36,649 nucleotides of DNA from positions 1 to 36,649 of the forward strand of contig JAUCBJ010004034.1 of the NCBI GenBank assembly GCA_032718475.1, in the 5' to 3' direction. This DNA is from Nemertoderma westbladi. Lineage: Eukaryota; Animalia; Xenacoelomorpha. The stretch's first letter is position 1; each line of letters opens with the position of its first letter. Positions 1 to 14,700 of this stretch are shown here, one piece after another. The notes below the pieces were generated by a model, which saw nothing but the letters and a program-made list of their open reading frames with translations, made no database searches and was not told the DNA's origin. A program made the translations under genes and the position numbers.

Positions 1-2799
1 CTACCTCAGGGCTCTCTATGTTCTAGGGCCACTCTCTACCTCAGGGCTCTCTATGTTCTAGGGCCGCTCTCTACCCCAGGGCTCTCTGTTCTAGGGCCGC
101 TCTCTACCTCAGGGCTGTCTGTTCTAGGGCCACTCTCTACCTCAGGGCTCTCTGTTCTAGGGCCACTCTCTAAACCAGGGCTCTCTGTTCTAGGGCCGCT
201 CTCTACCTCAGGGCTCTCTGTTCTAGGGCCGCTCTCTACCTCAGGGGGTTCTAGGGCCGCTCTCTACCTCAGGGCCGTTCTAGGGCCGCTCTCTACACTC
301 AGGGCTCTCTGTTCTAGGGCCACTCTCTACCTCAGGGCTCTCTGTTCTAGGGCCGGCTCTCTACCTCAGGGCTCTCTGTTCTAGGGCCGCTCTCTACACT
401 CAGGGCTCTCTGTGCTAGGGCCGCTCTCTACCTCAGGGCTCTCTGTTCTAGGGCCACTCTCTACCTCAGGGCTCTCTGTTCTAGGGCCACTCTCTACCTC
501 AGGGCTCTCTGTTCTAGGGCCACTCTCTACCTCAGGGCTCTCTGTTCTAGGGCCACTCTTTACCTCAGGGCTCTCTGTTCTAGGGCCACTCTCTACCTCA
601 GGGCTCTCTGTTCTAGGGCCACTCTCTACCTCAGGGCTCTCTGTTCTAGGGCCACTCTCTACCTCAGGGCTCTCTGTTCTAGGGCCACTCTCTACCTCAG
701 GGCTCTCTGTTCTAGGGCCACTATCTACCTCAGGGCTCTCTGTTCTAGGGCCACTCTCTACCTCAGGGCTCTCTGTTCTAGGGCCACTCTCTACCTCAGG
801 GCTCTCTGTTCTAGGGCCACTCTCTACCTCAGGGGTTCTAGGGCCACTCTCTACCTCAGGGCTCTCTGTTCTAGGGCCACTCTCTACCTCAGGGCTCTCT
901 GTTCTAGGGCCACTCTCTAAACCAGGGCTCTCTGTTCTAGGGCCGCTCTCTACCTCAGGGCTCTCTGTTCTAGGGCCACTATCTACCTCAGGGCTCTCTG
1001 TTCTAGGGCCACTCTCTACCTCAGGGCTCTCTGTTCTAGGGCCACTCTCTACCTCAGGGCTCTCTGTTCTAGGGCCACTCTCTACCTCAGGGGTTCTAGG
1101 GCCACTCTCTACCTCAGGGCTCTCTGTTCTAGGGCCACTCTCTAAACCAGGGCTCTCTGTTCTAGGGCCGCTCTCTACCTCAGGGCTCTCTGTTCTAAGG
1201 CCGCTCTCTACCTCAGGGCTCTCTGTTCTAGGGCCACTCTCTAAACCAGGGCTCTCTGTTCTAGGGCCGCTCTCTACCTCAGGGCTCTCTGTTCTAAGGC
1301 CGCTCTCTACCTCAGGGCTCTCTGTTCTAGGGCCACTCTCTACCTCAGGGCTCTCTGTTCTAGGGCCACTCTCTACCTCAGGGCTCTCTGTTCTAGGGCC
1401 ACTCTCTAAACCAGGGCTCTCTGTTCTAGGGCCACTCTTTACCTCAGGGCTCTCTGTTCTAGGGCCACTCTCTACCTCAGGGCTCTCTGTTCTAGGGCCA
1501 CTCTCTAAACCAGGGCTCTCTGTTCTAGGGCCGCTCTCTACCTCAGGGCTCTCTGTTCTAAGGCCGCTCTCTACCTCAGGGCTCTCTGTTCTAGGGCCAC
1601 TCTCTAAACCAGGTCTCTCTGTTCTAGGGCCACTCTCTAAACCAGGGCTCTCTGTTCTAGGGCCACTCTCTACCTCAGGGCTCTCTGTTCTAGGGCCGCT
1701 CTCTACCTCAGGGCTCTCTGTTCTAGGGCCGCTCTCTACCTCAGGGGTTCTAGGGCCACTCTCTACCTCGAGGCTCTCTTCTCTAGGGTCGCTTCTACCT
1801 CAGGGGTTCTAGGGCCGCTCTCTACCCCAGGGCTCTCTGTTCTAGGGCCACTCTCTACCCCAGGGCTCTCTGTTCTAGGGCCGCTCTCTACCTCAGGGCT
1901 CTCTGTTCTAGGGCCACTCTCTACCTCAGGGCTCTCTGTTCTAGGGCCACTCTCTAAACCAGGGCTCTCTGTTCTAGGGCCACTCTCTACCTCAGGGCTC
2001 TCTGTTCTAGGGCCACTCTCTACCTCAGGGCTCTCTGTTCTAGGGCCACTCTCTAAACCAGGGCTCTCTGTTCTAGGGCCACTCTCTACCTCAGGGCTCT
2101 CTGTTCTAGGGCCACTCTCTACCTCAGGGCTCTCTGTTCTAGGGCCACTCTCTACCTCAGGGCTCTCTGTTCTAGGGCCACTCTCTACCTCAGCGCTCTC
2201 TGTTCTAGGGCCGCTCTCTACCTCAGGGCTCTATGTTCTTGGGCCACTCTCTAAACCAGGGCTCTCTGTTCTAGGGCCACTCTCTACCTCAGGGCTCTCT
2301 GTTCTAGGGCCACTCTCTACCTCAGGGCTCTCTGTTCTAGGGCCGCTCTCTACCTCAGGGCTCTCTGTTCTAGGGCCGCTCTCTACCTCAGGGCTCTCTG
2401 TTCTAGGGCCACTCCCTACCTCAGGGCTCTATGTTCTAGGGCCACTCTCTACCTCAGGGCTCTCTGTTCTAGGGCCACTCTCTACCCAAGGGCTCTCTGT
2501 TCTAGGGCCACTCTCTACCTCAGGGCTCTCTGTTCTAGGGCCGCTCTCTACCTCAGGGCTCTCTGTTCTAGGGCCACTCTCTACCCAAGGGCTCTCTGTT
2601 CTAGGGCCGCTCTCTACCTCAGGGCTCTCTGTTCTAGGGCCACTCTCTACCTCAGGGCTATCTATGTTCTAGGGCCACTCTCTACCTCAGGGCTCTCTGT
2701 TCTAGGGCCACTCTCTACCTCAGGGCTATCTATGTTCTAGGGCCACTCTCTACCTCAGGGCTCTCTGTTCTAGGGCCACTCTCTACCTCAGGGCTCTCT

Positions 2800-5700
2800 G
2801 TTCTAGGGCCACTCTCTACCTCAGGGCTCTATGTTCTAGGGCCACTCTCTACCTCAGGGCTCTATGTTCTAGGGCCACTCTCTACCTCAGGGCTCTATGT
2901 TCTAGGGCCACTCTCTACCTCAGGGCTCTATGTTCTAGGGCCACTCTCTACCTCAGGGCTCTATGTTCTAGGGCCACTCTCTACCTCAGGGCTCTATGTT
3001 CTAGGGCCACTCTCTACCTCAGGGCTCTATGTTCTAGGGCCACTCTCTACCTCAGGGCTCTCTGTTCTAGGGCCACTCTCTACCTCAGGGCTCTCTGTTC
3101 TAGGGCCACTCTCTACCTCAGGGCTCTCTGTTCTAGGACCACTCTCTACCTCAGGGCTCTCTGTTCTAGGGCCACTCTCTACCTCAGGGCTCTCTGTTCT
3201 AGGGCCGCTCTCTACCTCAGGGCTCTCTGTTCTAGAGCCACTCTCTACCTCAGGGCTCTCTGTTCTAGGGCCACTCTCTACCTCAGGGCTCTCTGTTCTA
3301 GGGCCACTCTCTACCTCAGGGCTCTCTGTTCTAGGGCCACTCTCTACCTCAGGGCTCTCTGTTCTAGGGCCACTCTCTACCTCAGGGCTCTCTGTTCTAG
3401 GGCCACTCTTTACCTCAGGGCTCTCTGTTCTAGGACCACTCTCTACCTCAGGGCTCTCTGTTCTAGGGCCGCTCTCTACCTCAGGGCTCTCTGTTCTAGG
3501 GCCACTCTCTACCTCAGGGCTCTCTGTTCTAGGGCCACTCTCTACCTCAGGGCTCTCTGTTCTAGGGCCACTCTCTACCTCAGGGCTCTCTGTTCTAGGG
3601 CCACTCTCTACCTCAGGGCTCTCTGTTCTAGGGCCACTCTCTACCTCAGGGCTCTCTGTTCTAGGGCCACTCTCTACCTCAGGGCTCTCTGTTCTAGGGC
3701 CACTCTCTACCTCAGGGCTCTCTGTTCTAGGGCCACTCTCTACCTCAGGGCTCTCTGTTCTAGGGCCACTCTCTACCTCAGGGCTCTCTGTTCTAGGGCC
3801 ACTCTCTACCTCAGGGCTCTCTGTTCTAGGGCCACTCTCTACCTCAGGGCTCTCTGTTCTAGGGCCACTCTCTACCTCAGGGCTCTCTGTTCTAGGGCCG
3901 CTCTCTACCTCAGGGCTCTATGTTCTAGGGCCACTCTCTAAACCAGGGCTCTCTGTTCTAGGGCCACTCTCTACCTCAGGGCTCTCTGTTCTAGGGCCAC
4001 TCTCTACCTCAGGGCTCTCTGTTCTAGGGCCGCTCTCTACCTCAGGGCTCTCTGTTCTAGGGCCGCTCTCTACCTCAGGGCTCTCTGTTCTAGGGCCACT
4101 CCCTACCTCAGGGCTCTATGTTCTAGGGCCACTCTCTACCTCAGGGCTCTCTGTTCTAGGGCCACTCTCTACCCAAGGGCTCTCTGTTCTAGGGCCACTC
4201 TCTACCTCAGGGCTCTCTGTTCTAGGGCCGCTCTCTACCTCAGGGCTCTCTGTTCTAGGGCCACTCTCTACCCAAGGGCTCTCTGTTCTAGGGCCGCTCT
4301 CTACCTCAGGGCTCTCTGTTCTAGGGCCACTCTCTACCTCAGGGCTATCTATGTTCTAGGGCCACTCTCTACCTCAGGGCTCTCTGTTCTAGGGCCACTC
4401 TCTACCTCAGGGCTATCTATGTTCTAGGGCCACTCTCTACCTCAGGGCTCTCTGTTCTAGGGCCACTCTCTACCTCAGGGCTCTCTGTTCTAGGGCCACT
4501 CTCTACCTCAGGGCTCTATGTTCTAGGGCCACTCTCTACCTCAGGGCTCTATGTTCTAGGGCCACTCTCTACCTCAGGGCTCTATGTTCTAGGGCCACTC
4601 TCTACCTCAGGGCTCTATGTTCTAGGGCCACTCTCTACCTCAGGGCTCTATGTTCTAGGGCCACTCTCTACCTCAGGGCTCTATGTTCTAGGGCCACTCT
4701 CTACCTCAGGGCTCTATGTTCTAGGGCCACTCTCTACCTCAGGGCTCTCTGTTCTAGGGCCACTCTCTACCTCAGGGCTCTCTGTTCTAGGGCCACTCTC
4801 TACCTCAGGGCTCTCTGTTCTAGGACCACTCTCTACCTCAGGGCTCTCTGTTCTAGGGCCACTCTCTACCTCAGGGCTCTCTGTTCTAGGGCCGCTCTCT
4901 ACCTCAGGGCTCTCTGTTCTAGGGCCACTCTCTACCTCAGGGCTCTCTGTTCTAGGGCCACTCTCTACCTCAGGGCTCTCTGTTCTAGGGCCACTCTCTA
5001 CCTCAGGGCTCTCTGTTCTAGGGCCACTCTCTACCTCAGGGCTCTCTGTTCTAGGGCCACTCTCTACCTCAGGGCTCTCTGTTCTAGGGCCACTCTTTAC
5101 CTCAGGGCTCTCTGTTCTAGGACCACTCTCTACCTCAGGGCTCTCTGTTCTAGGGCCGCTCTCTACCTCAGGGCTCTCTGTTCTAGGGCCACTCTCTACC
5201 TCAGGGCTCTCTGTTCTAGGGCCACTCTCTACCTCAGGGCTCTCTGTTCTAGGGCCACTCTCTACCTCAGGGCTCTCTGTTCTAGGGCCACTCTCTACCT
5301 CAGGGCTCTCTGTTCTAGGGCCACTCTCTACCTCAGGGCTCTCTGTTCTAGGGCCACTCTCTACCTCAGGGCTCTCTGTTCTAGGGCCACTCTCTACCTC
5401 AGGGCTCTCTGTTCTAGGGCCACTCTCTACCTCAGGGCTCTCTGTTCTAGGGCCACTCTCTACCTCAGGGCTCTCTGTTCTAGGGCCGCTCTCTACCTCA
5501 GGGCTCTCTGTTCTAGGGCCGCTCTCTACCTCAGGGCTCTCTGTTCTAGGGCCACTCCCTACCTCAGGGCTCTATGTTCTAGGGCCACTCTCTACCTCAG
5601 GGCTCTCTGTTCTAGGGCCACTCTCTACCCAAGGGCTCTCTGTTCTAGGGCCACTCTCTACCTCAGGGCTCTCTGTTCTAGGGCCGCTCTCTACCTCAGG

Positions 5701-8700
5701 GCTCTCTGTTCTAGGGCCACTCTCTACCCAAGGGCTCTCTGTTCTAGGGCCGCTCTCTACCTCAGGGCTCTCTGTTCTAGGGCCACTCTCTACCTCAGGG
5801 CTATCTATGTTCTAGGGCCACTCTCTACCTCAGGGCTCTCTGTTCTAGGGCCACTCTCTACCTCAGGGCTATCTATGTTCTAGGGCCGCTCTCTACCTCA
5901 GGGCTCTCTGTTCTAGGGCCACTCTCTACCTCAGGGCTCTATGTTCTAGGGCCACTCTCTACCTCAGGGCTCTCTGTTCTAGGGCCACTCTCTACCTCAG
6001 GGCTCTATGTTCTAGGGCCACTCTCTACCTCAGGGCTCTATGTTCTAGGGCCACTCTCTACCTCAGGGCTCTATGTTCTAGGGCCACTCTCTACCTCAGG
6101 GCTCTATGTTCTAGGGCCACTCTCTACCCCAGGGCTCTCTGTTCTAGGGCCACTCTCTACCTCAGGGCTCTATGTTCTAGGGCCACTCTCTACCTCAGGG
6201 CTCTATGTTCTAGGGCCACTCTCTACCTCAGGGCTCTCTGTTCTAGGGCCACTCTCTACCTCAGGGCTCTCTGTTCTAGGGCCACTCTCTACCTCAGGGC
6301 TCTATGTTCTAGGGCCACTCTCTACCTCAGGGCTCTCTGTTCTAGGGCCACTCTCTACCTCAGGGCTCTCTGTTCTAGGGCCACTCTCTACCTCAGGGCT
6401 CTCTGTTCTAGGGCCGCTCTCTACCTCAGGGCTCTCTGTTCTAGGGCCACTCTCTACCTCAGGACTCTCTGTTCTAGGGCCACTCTCTACCTCAGGGCTC
6501 TCTGTTCTAGGACCACTCTCTACCTCAGGGCTCTCTGTTCTAGGGCCACTCTCTACCTCAGGGCTCTCTGTTCTAGTGCCACTCCCTACCTCAGGGCTCT
6601 ATGTTCTAGGGCCACTCTCTACCTCAGGGCTCTCTGTTCTAGGGCCACTCTCTACCTCAGGGCTCTATGTTCTAGGGCCACTCTCTACCTCAGGGCTCTC
6701 TGTTCTAGGGCCACTCTCTACCTCAGGGCTCTCTGTTCTAGGGCCACTCTCTACCTCAGGGCTCTCTGTTCTAGTGCCACTCCCTACCTCAGGGCTCTAT
6801 GTTCTAGGGCCACTCTCTACCTCAGGGCTCTCTGTTCTAGGGCCACTCTCTACCTCAGGGCTCTATGTTCTAGGGCCACTCTCTACCTCAGGGCTCTCTG
6901 TTCTAGGGCCACTCTCTACCTCAGGGCTCTCTGTTCTAGGGCCACTCTCTACCTCAGGGCTCTCTGTTCTAGGACCACTCTCTACCTCAGGGCTCTCTGT
7001 TCTAGGGCCACTCTCTACCTCAGGGCTCTCTGTTCTAGGGCCACTCTCTACCTCAGGGCTCTCTTCTCTAGGGCCACTCTCTACCTCAGGGCTCTCTGTT
7101 CTAGGGCCGCTCTCTACCTCAGGGCTCTCTGTTCTAGGGCCACTCTCTACCTCAGGGCTCTCTGTTCTAGGGCCACTCTCTACCTCAGGGCTCTCTGTTC
7201 TAGGGCCACTCTCTACCTCAGGGCTCTCTGTTCTAGGTAGGGCCACTCTCTAAACCAGGGCTCTCTGTTCTAGGGCCACTCTCTACCTCAGGGCTCTCTG
7301 TTCTAGGGCCGCTCTCTACCTCAGGGCTCTCTGTTCTAGGGCCGCTCTCTACCTCAGGGCTCTCTGTTCTAGGGCCACTCTCTACCTCAGGGCTCTCTGT
7401 TCTAGGGCCACTCTCTAAACCAGGGCTCTCTGTTCTAGGGCCGCTCTCTACCTCAGGGCTCTCTGTTCTAGGGCCACTCTCTACCTCAGGGCTCTCTGTT
7501 CTAGGGCCACTCTCTAAACCAGGGCTCTCTGTTCTAGGGCCGCTCTCTACCTCAGGGCTCTCTGTTCTAGGGCCACTCTCTACCTCAGGGCTCTCTGTTC
7601 TAGGGCCACTCTCTAAACCAGGGCTCTCTGTTCTAGGGCCACTCTCTACCTCAGGGCTCTCTGTTCTAGGGCCACTCTCTACCTCAGGGCTCTCTGTTCT
7701 AGGGCCACTCTCTAAACCAGGGCTCTCTGTTCTAGGGCCACTCTCTACCTCAGGGCTCTCTGTTCTAGGGCCACTCTCTACCTCAGGGCTCTCTGTTCTA
7801 GGGCCACTCTCTAAACCAGGGCTCTCTGTTCTAGGGCCACTCCCTACCTCAGGGCTCTATGTTCTAGGGCCACTCTCTACCTCAGGGCTCTCTGTTCTAG
7901 GGCCACTCCCTACCTCAGGGCTCTATGTTCTAGGGCCACTCTCTACCTCAGGGCTCTCTGTTCTAGGGCCACTCTCTACCTCAGGGCTCTCTGTTCTAGG
8001 GCCACTCTCTAAACCAGGGCTCTCTGTTCTAGGGCCACTCTCTACCTCAGGGCTCTCTGTTCTAGCGCCGCTCTCTACCTCAGGGGTTCTAGGGCCACTC
8101 TCTACCTCAGGGGTTCTAGGGCCGCTCTCTACCTCAGGGCTCTCTGTTCTAGGGCCACTCTCTACCTCAGGGCTCTCTGTTCTAGGGCCGCTCTCTACCT
8201 CAGGGGTTCTAGGGCCACTCTCTACCTCAGGGGTTCTAGGGCCGCTCTCTACCCCAGGGCTCTCTGTTCTAGGGCCACTCTCTACCTCAGGGCTCTCTGT
8301 TCTAGGGCCACTCCCTACCTCAGGGCTCTATGTTCTAGGGCCACTCTCTACCCCAGGGCTCTCTGTTCTAGGGCCGCTCTCTACCTCAGGGCTCTCTATG
8401 TTCTAGGGCCACTCTCTACCTCAGGGCTATCTATGTTCTTGGGCCACTCTCTACCTCAGGGCTCTCTGTTCTAGGGCCACTCTCTACCTCAGGGCTCTCT
8501 GTTCTAGGGCCACTCTCTACCTCAGGGGTTATAGGGCCACTCTCTACCTCAGGGCTCTCTGTTCTAGGGCCACTCTCTAAACCAGGGCTCTCTGTTCTAG
8601 GGCCACTCTCTACCTCAGGGCTCTCTGTTCTAGGGCCGCTCTCTACCTCAGGGGTTCTAGGGCCACTCTCTACCTCAGGGCTCTCTGTTCTAGGGCCGCT

Positions 8701-11700
8701 CTCTACCTCAGGGCTCTCTGTTCTAGGGCCGCTCTCTACCCCAGGGCTCTCTGTTCTAGGGCCGCTCTCTACCTCAGGGCTCTCTGTTCTAGGGCCACTC
8801 TCTACCTCAGGGCTCTCTGTTCTAGGGCCGCTCTCTACCTCAGGGCTCTCTGTTCTAGGACCACTCTCTACCTCAGGACTCTCTGTTCTAGGGCCACTCT
8901 CTACCTCAGGGCTCTCTGTTCTAGGGCCGCTCTCTACCTCAGGGGTCTCTGTTCTAGGGCCGCTCTCTACCTCAGGGGTTCTAGGGACACTCTCTACCTC
9001 AGGGGTTCTAGGGCCACTCTCTACCTCAGGGCTCTCTGTTCTAGGGCCGCTCTCTACCCCAGGGCTCTCTGTTCTAGGGCCGCTCTCTACCTCAGGGCTC
9101 TCTGTTCTAGGGCCACTCTCTACCTCAGGGCTCTATGTTCTAGGGCCACTCTCTACCTCAGGGCTCTATGTTCTAGGGCCACTCTCTACCTCAGGGCTCT
9201 ATGTTCTAGGGCCACTCTCTACCTCAGGGCTCTATGTTCTAGGGCCACTCTCTACCTCAGGGCTCTATGTTCTAGGGCCACTCTCTACCTCAGGGCTCTA
9301 TGTTCTAGGGCCACTCTCTACCTCAGGGCTCTATGTTCTAGGGCCACTCTCTACCTCAGGGCTCTCTGTTCTAGGGCCACTCTCTACCTCAGGGCTCTCT
9401 GTTCTAGGGCCACTCTCTACCTCAGGGCTCTCTGTTCTAGGACCACTCTCTACCTCAGGGCTCTCTGTTCTAGGGCCACTCTCTACCTCAGGGCTCTCTG
9501 TTCTAGGGCCGCTCTCTACCTCAGGGCTCTCTGTTCTAGAGCCACTCTCTACCTCAGGGCTCTCTGTTCTAGGGCCACTCTCTACCTCAGGGCTCTCTGT
9601 TCTAGGGCCACTCTCTACCTCAGGGCTCTCTGTTCTAGGGCCACTCTCTACCTCAGGGCTCTCTGTTCTAGGGCCACTCTCTACCTCAGGGCTCTCTGTT
9701 CTAGGGCCACTCTTTACCTCAGGGCTCTCTGTTCTAGGACCACTCTCTACCTCAGGGCTCTCTGTTCTAGGGCCGCTCTCTACCTCAGGGCTCTCTGTTC
9801 TAGGGCCACTCTCTACCTCAGGGCTCTCTGTTCTAGGGCCACTCTCTACCTCAGGGCTCTCTGTTCTAGGGCCACTCTCTACCTCAGGGCTCTCTGTTCT
9901 AGGGCCACTCTCTACCTCAGGGCTCTCTGTTCTAGGGCCACTCTCTACCTCAGGGCTCTCTGTTCTAGGGCCACTCTCTACCTCAGGGCTCTCTGTTCTA
10001 GGGCCACTCTCTACCTCAGGGCTCTCTGTTCTAGGGCCACTCTCTAAACCAGGGCTCTCTGTTCTAGGGCCACTCTCTACCTCAGGGCTCTCTGTTCTAG
10101 GGCCACTCTCTACCTCAGGGCTCTCTGTTCTAGGGCCACTCTCTACCTCAGGGCTCTCTGTTCTAGGGCCACTCTCTACCTCAGGGCTCTCTGTTCTAGG
10201 GCCGCTCTCTACCTCAGGGCTCTATGTTCTAGGGCCACTCTCTAAACCAGGGCTCTCTGTTCTAGGGCCACTCTCTACCTCAGGGCTCTCTGTTCTAGGG
10301 CCACTCTCTACCTCAGGGCTCTCTGTTCTAGGGCCGCTCTCTACCTCAGGGCTCTCTGTTCTAGGGCCGCTCTCTACCTCAGGGCTCTCTGTTCTAGGGC
10401 CACTCCCTACCTCAGGGCTCTATGTTCTAGGGCCACTCTCTACCTCAGGGCTCTCTGTTCTAGGGCCACTCTCTACCCAAGGGCTCTCTGTTCTAGGGCC
10501 ACTCTCTACCTCAGGGCTCTCTGTTCTAGGGCCGCTCTCTACCTCAGGGCTCTCTGTTCTAGGGCCACTCTCTACCCAAGGGCTCTCTGTTCTAGGGCCG
10601 CTCTCTACCTCAGGGCTCTCTGTTCTAGGGCCACTCTCTACCTCAGGGCTATCTATGTTCTAGGGCCACTCTCTACCTCAGGGCTCTCTGTTCTAGGGCC
10701 ACTCTCTACCTCAGGGCTATCTATGTTCTAGGGCCACTCTCTACCTCAGGGCTCTCTGTTCTAGGGCCACTCTCTACCTCAGGGCTCTCTGTTCTAGGGC
10801 CACTCTCTACCTCAGGGCTCTATGTTCTAGGGCCACTCTCTACCTCAGGGCTCTATGTTCTAGGGCCACTCTCTACCTCAGGGCTCTATGTTCTAGGGCC
10901 ACTCTCTACCTCAGGGCTCTATGTTCTAGGGCCACTCTCTACCTCAGGGCTCTATGTTCTAGGGCCACTCTCTACCTCAGGGCTCTATGTTCTAGGGCCA
11001 CTCTCTACCTCAGGGCTCTATGTTCTAGGGCCACTCTCTACCTCAGGGCTCTCTGTTCTAGGGCCACTCTCTACCTCAGGGCTCTCTGTTCTAGGGCCAC
11101 TCTCTACCTCAGGGCTCTCTGTTCTAGGACCACTCTCTACCTCAGGGCTCTCTGTTCTAGGGCCACTCTCTACCTCAGGGCTCTCTGTTCTAGGGCCGCT
11201 CTCTACCTCAGGGCTCTCTGTTCTAGGGCCACTCTCTACCTCAGGGCTCTCTGTTCTAGGGCCACTCTCTACCTCAGGGCTCTCTGTTCTAGGGCCACTC
11301 TCTACCTCAGGGCTCTCTGTTCTAGGGCCACTCTCTACCTCAGGGCTCTCTGTTCTAGGGCCACTCTCTACCTCAGGGCTCTCTGTTCTAGGGCCACTCT
11401 TTACCTCAGGGCTCTCTGTTCTAGGACCACTCTCTACCTCAGGGCTCTCTGTTCTAGGGCCGCTCTCTACCTCAGGGCTCTCTGTTCTAGGGCCACTCTC
11501 TACCTCAGGGCTCTCTGTTCTAGGGCCACTCTCTACCTCAGGGCTCTCTGTTCTAGGGCCACTCTCTACCTCAGGGCTCTCTGTTCTAGGGCCACTCTCT
11601 ACCTCAGGGCTCTCTGTTCTAGGGCCACTCTCTACCTCAGGGCTCTCTGTTCTAGGGCCACTCTCTACCTCAGGGCTCTCTGTTCTAGGGCCACTCTCTA

Positions 11701-14700
11701 CCTCAGGGCTCTCTGTTCTAGGGCCACTCTCTACCTCAGGGCTCTCTGTTCTAGGGCCACTCTCTACCTCAGGGCTCTCTGTTCTAGGGCCGCTCTCTAC
11801 CTCAGGGCTCTCTGTTCTAGGGCCGCTCTCTACCTCAGGGCTCTCTGTTCTAGGGCCACTCCCTACCTCAGGGCTCTATGTTCTAGGGCCACTCTCTACC
11901 TCAGGGCTCTCTGTTCTAGGGCCACTCTCTACCCAAGGGCTCTCTGTTCTAGGGCCACTCTCTACCTCAGGGCTCTCTGTTCTAGGGCCGCTCTCTACCT
12001 CAGGGCTCTCTGTTCTAGGGCCACTCTCTACCCAAGGGCTCTCTGTTCTAGGGCCGCTCTCTACCTCAGGGCTCTCTGTTCTAGGGCCACTCTCTACCTC
12101 AGGGCTATCTATGTTCTAGGGCCACTCTCTACCTCAGGGCTCTCTGTTCTAGGGCCACTCTCTACCTCAGGGCTATCTATGTTCTAGGGCCGCTCTCTAC
12201 CTCAGGGCTCTCTGTTCTAGGGCCACTCTCTACCTCAGGGCTCTATGTTCTAGGGCCACTCTCTACCTCAGGGCTCTCTGTTCTAGGGCCACTCTCTACC
12301 TCAGGGCTCTATGTTCTAGGGCCACTCTCTACCTCAGGGCTCTATGTTCTAGGGCCACTCTCTACCTCAGGGCTCTATGTTCTAGGGCCACTCTCTACCT
12401 CAGGGCTCTATGTTCTAGGGCCACTCTCTACCCCAGGGCTCTCTGTTCTAGGGCCACTCTCTACCTCAGGGCTCTATGTTCTAGGGCCACTCTCTACCTC
12501 AGGGCTCTATGTTCTAGGGCCACTCTCTACCTCAGGGCTCTCTGTTCTAGGGCCACTCTCTACCTCAGGGCTCTCTGTTCTAGGGCCACTCTCTACCTCA
12601 GGGCTCTATGTTCTAGGGCCACTCTCTACCTCAGGGCTCTCTGTTCTAGGGCCACTCTCTACCTCAGGGCTCTCTGTTCTAGGGCCACTCTCTACCTCAG
12701 GGCTCTCTGTTCTAGGGCCGCTCTCTACCTCAGGGCTCTCTGTTCTAGGGCCACTCTCTACCTCAGGACTCTCTGTTCTAGGGCCACTCTCTACCTCAGG
12801 GCTCTCTGTTCTAGGACCACTCTCTACCTCAGGGCTCTCTGTTCTAGGGCCACTCTCTACCTCAGGGCTCTCTGTTCTAGGGCCACTCCCTACCTCAGGG
12901 CTCTATGTTCTAGGGCCACTCTCTACCTCAGGGCTCTCTGTTCTAGGGCCACTCTCTACCTCAGGGCTCTATGTTCTAGGGCCACTCTCTACCTCAGGGC
13001 TCTCTGTTCTAGGGCCACTCTCTACCTCAGGGCTCTCTGTTCTAGGGCCACTCTCTACCTCAGGGCTCTCTGTTCTAGGACCACTCTCTACCTCAGGGCT
13101 CTCTGTTCTAGGGCCACTCTCTACCTCAGGGCTCTCTGTTCTAGGGCCACTCTCTACCTCAGGGCTCTCTTCTCTAGGGCCACTCTCTACCTCAGGGCTC
13201 TCTGTTCTAGGGCCGCTCTCTACCTCAGGGCTCTCTGTTCTAGGGCCACTCTCTACCTCAGGGCTCTCTGTTCTAGGGCCACTCTCTACCTCAGGGCTCT
13301 CTGTTCTAGGGCCACTCTCTACCTCAGGGCTCTCTGTTCTAGGGCCACTCTCTAAACCAGGGCTCTCTGTTCTAGGGCCACTCTCTACCTCAGGGCTCTC
13401 TGTTCTAGGGCCGCTCTCTACCTCAGGGCTCTCTGTTCTAGGGCCACTCTCTACCTCAGGGCTCTCTGTTCTAGGGCCACTCTCTACCTCAGGGCTCTAT
13501 GTTCTAGGGCCACTCTCTACCTCAGGGCTCTATGTTCTAGGGCCACTCTCTACCTCAGGGCTCTATGTTCTAGGGCCACTCTCTACCTCAGGGCTCTCTG
13601 TTCTAGGGCCACTCTCTACCTCAGGGCTCTATGTTCTAGGGCCACTCTCTACCTCAGGGCTCTCTGTTCTAGGGCCACTCTCTAAACCAGGGCTCTCTGT
13701 TCTAGGGCCGCTCTCTACCTCAGGGCTCTCTGTTCTAGGGCCACTCTCTACCTCAGGGCTCTCTGTTCTAGGGCCACTCTCTAAACCAGGGCTCTCTGTT
13801 CTAGGGCCACTCTCTACCTCAGGGCTCTCTGTTCTAGGGCCACTCTCTACCTCAGGGCTCTCTGTTCTAGGGCCACTCTCTAAACCAGGGCTCTCTGTTC
13901 TAGGGCCACTCTCTACCTCAGGGCTCTCTGTTCTAGGGCCACTCTCTACCTCAGGGCTCTCTGTTCTAGGGCCACTCTCTAAACCAGGGCTCTCTGTTCT
14001 AGGGCCACTCCCTACCTCAGGGCTCTATGTTCTAGGGCCACTCTCTACCTCAGGGCTCTCTGTTCTAGGGCCACTCCCTACCTCAGGGCTCTATGTTCTA
14101 GGGCCACTCTCTACCTCAGGGCTCTCTGTTCTAGGGCCACTCTCTACCTCAGGGCTCTCTGTTCTAGGGCCACTCTCTAAACCAGGGCTCTCTGTTCTAG
14201 GGCCACTCTCTACCTCAGGGCTCTCTGTTCTAGGGCCGCTCTCTACCTCAGGGGTTCTAGGGCCACTCTCTACCTCAGGGGTTCTAGGGCCGCTCTCTAC
14301 CTCAGGGCTCTCTGTTCTAGGGCCACTCTCTACCTCAGGGCTCTCTGTTCTAGGGCCGCTCTCTACCTCAGGGGTTCTAGGGCCACTCTCTACCTCAGGG
14401 GTTCTAGGGCCGCTCTCTACCCCAGGGCTCTCTGTTCTAGGGCCACTCTCTACCTCAGGGCTCTCTGTTCTAGGGCCACTCCCTACCTCAGGGCTCTATG
14501 TTCTAGGGCCACTCTCTACCCCAGGGCTCTCTGTTCTAGGGCCGCTCTCTACCTCAGGGCTCTCTATGTTCTAGGGCCACTCTCTACCTCAGGGCTATCT
14601 ATGTTCTTGGGCCACTCTCTACCTCAGGGCTCTCTGTTCTAGGGCCACTCTCTACCTCAGGGCTCTCTGTTCTAGGGCCACTCTCTACCTCAGGGGTTAT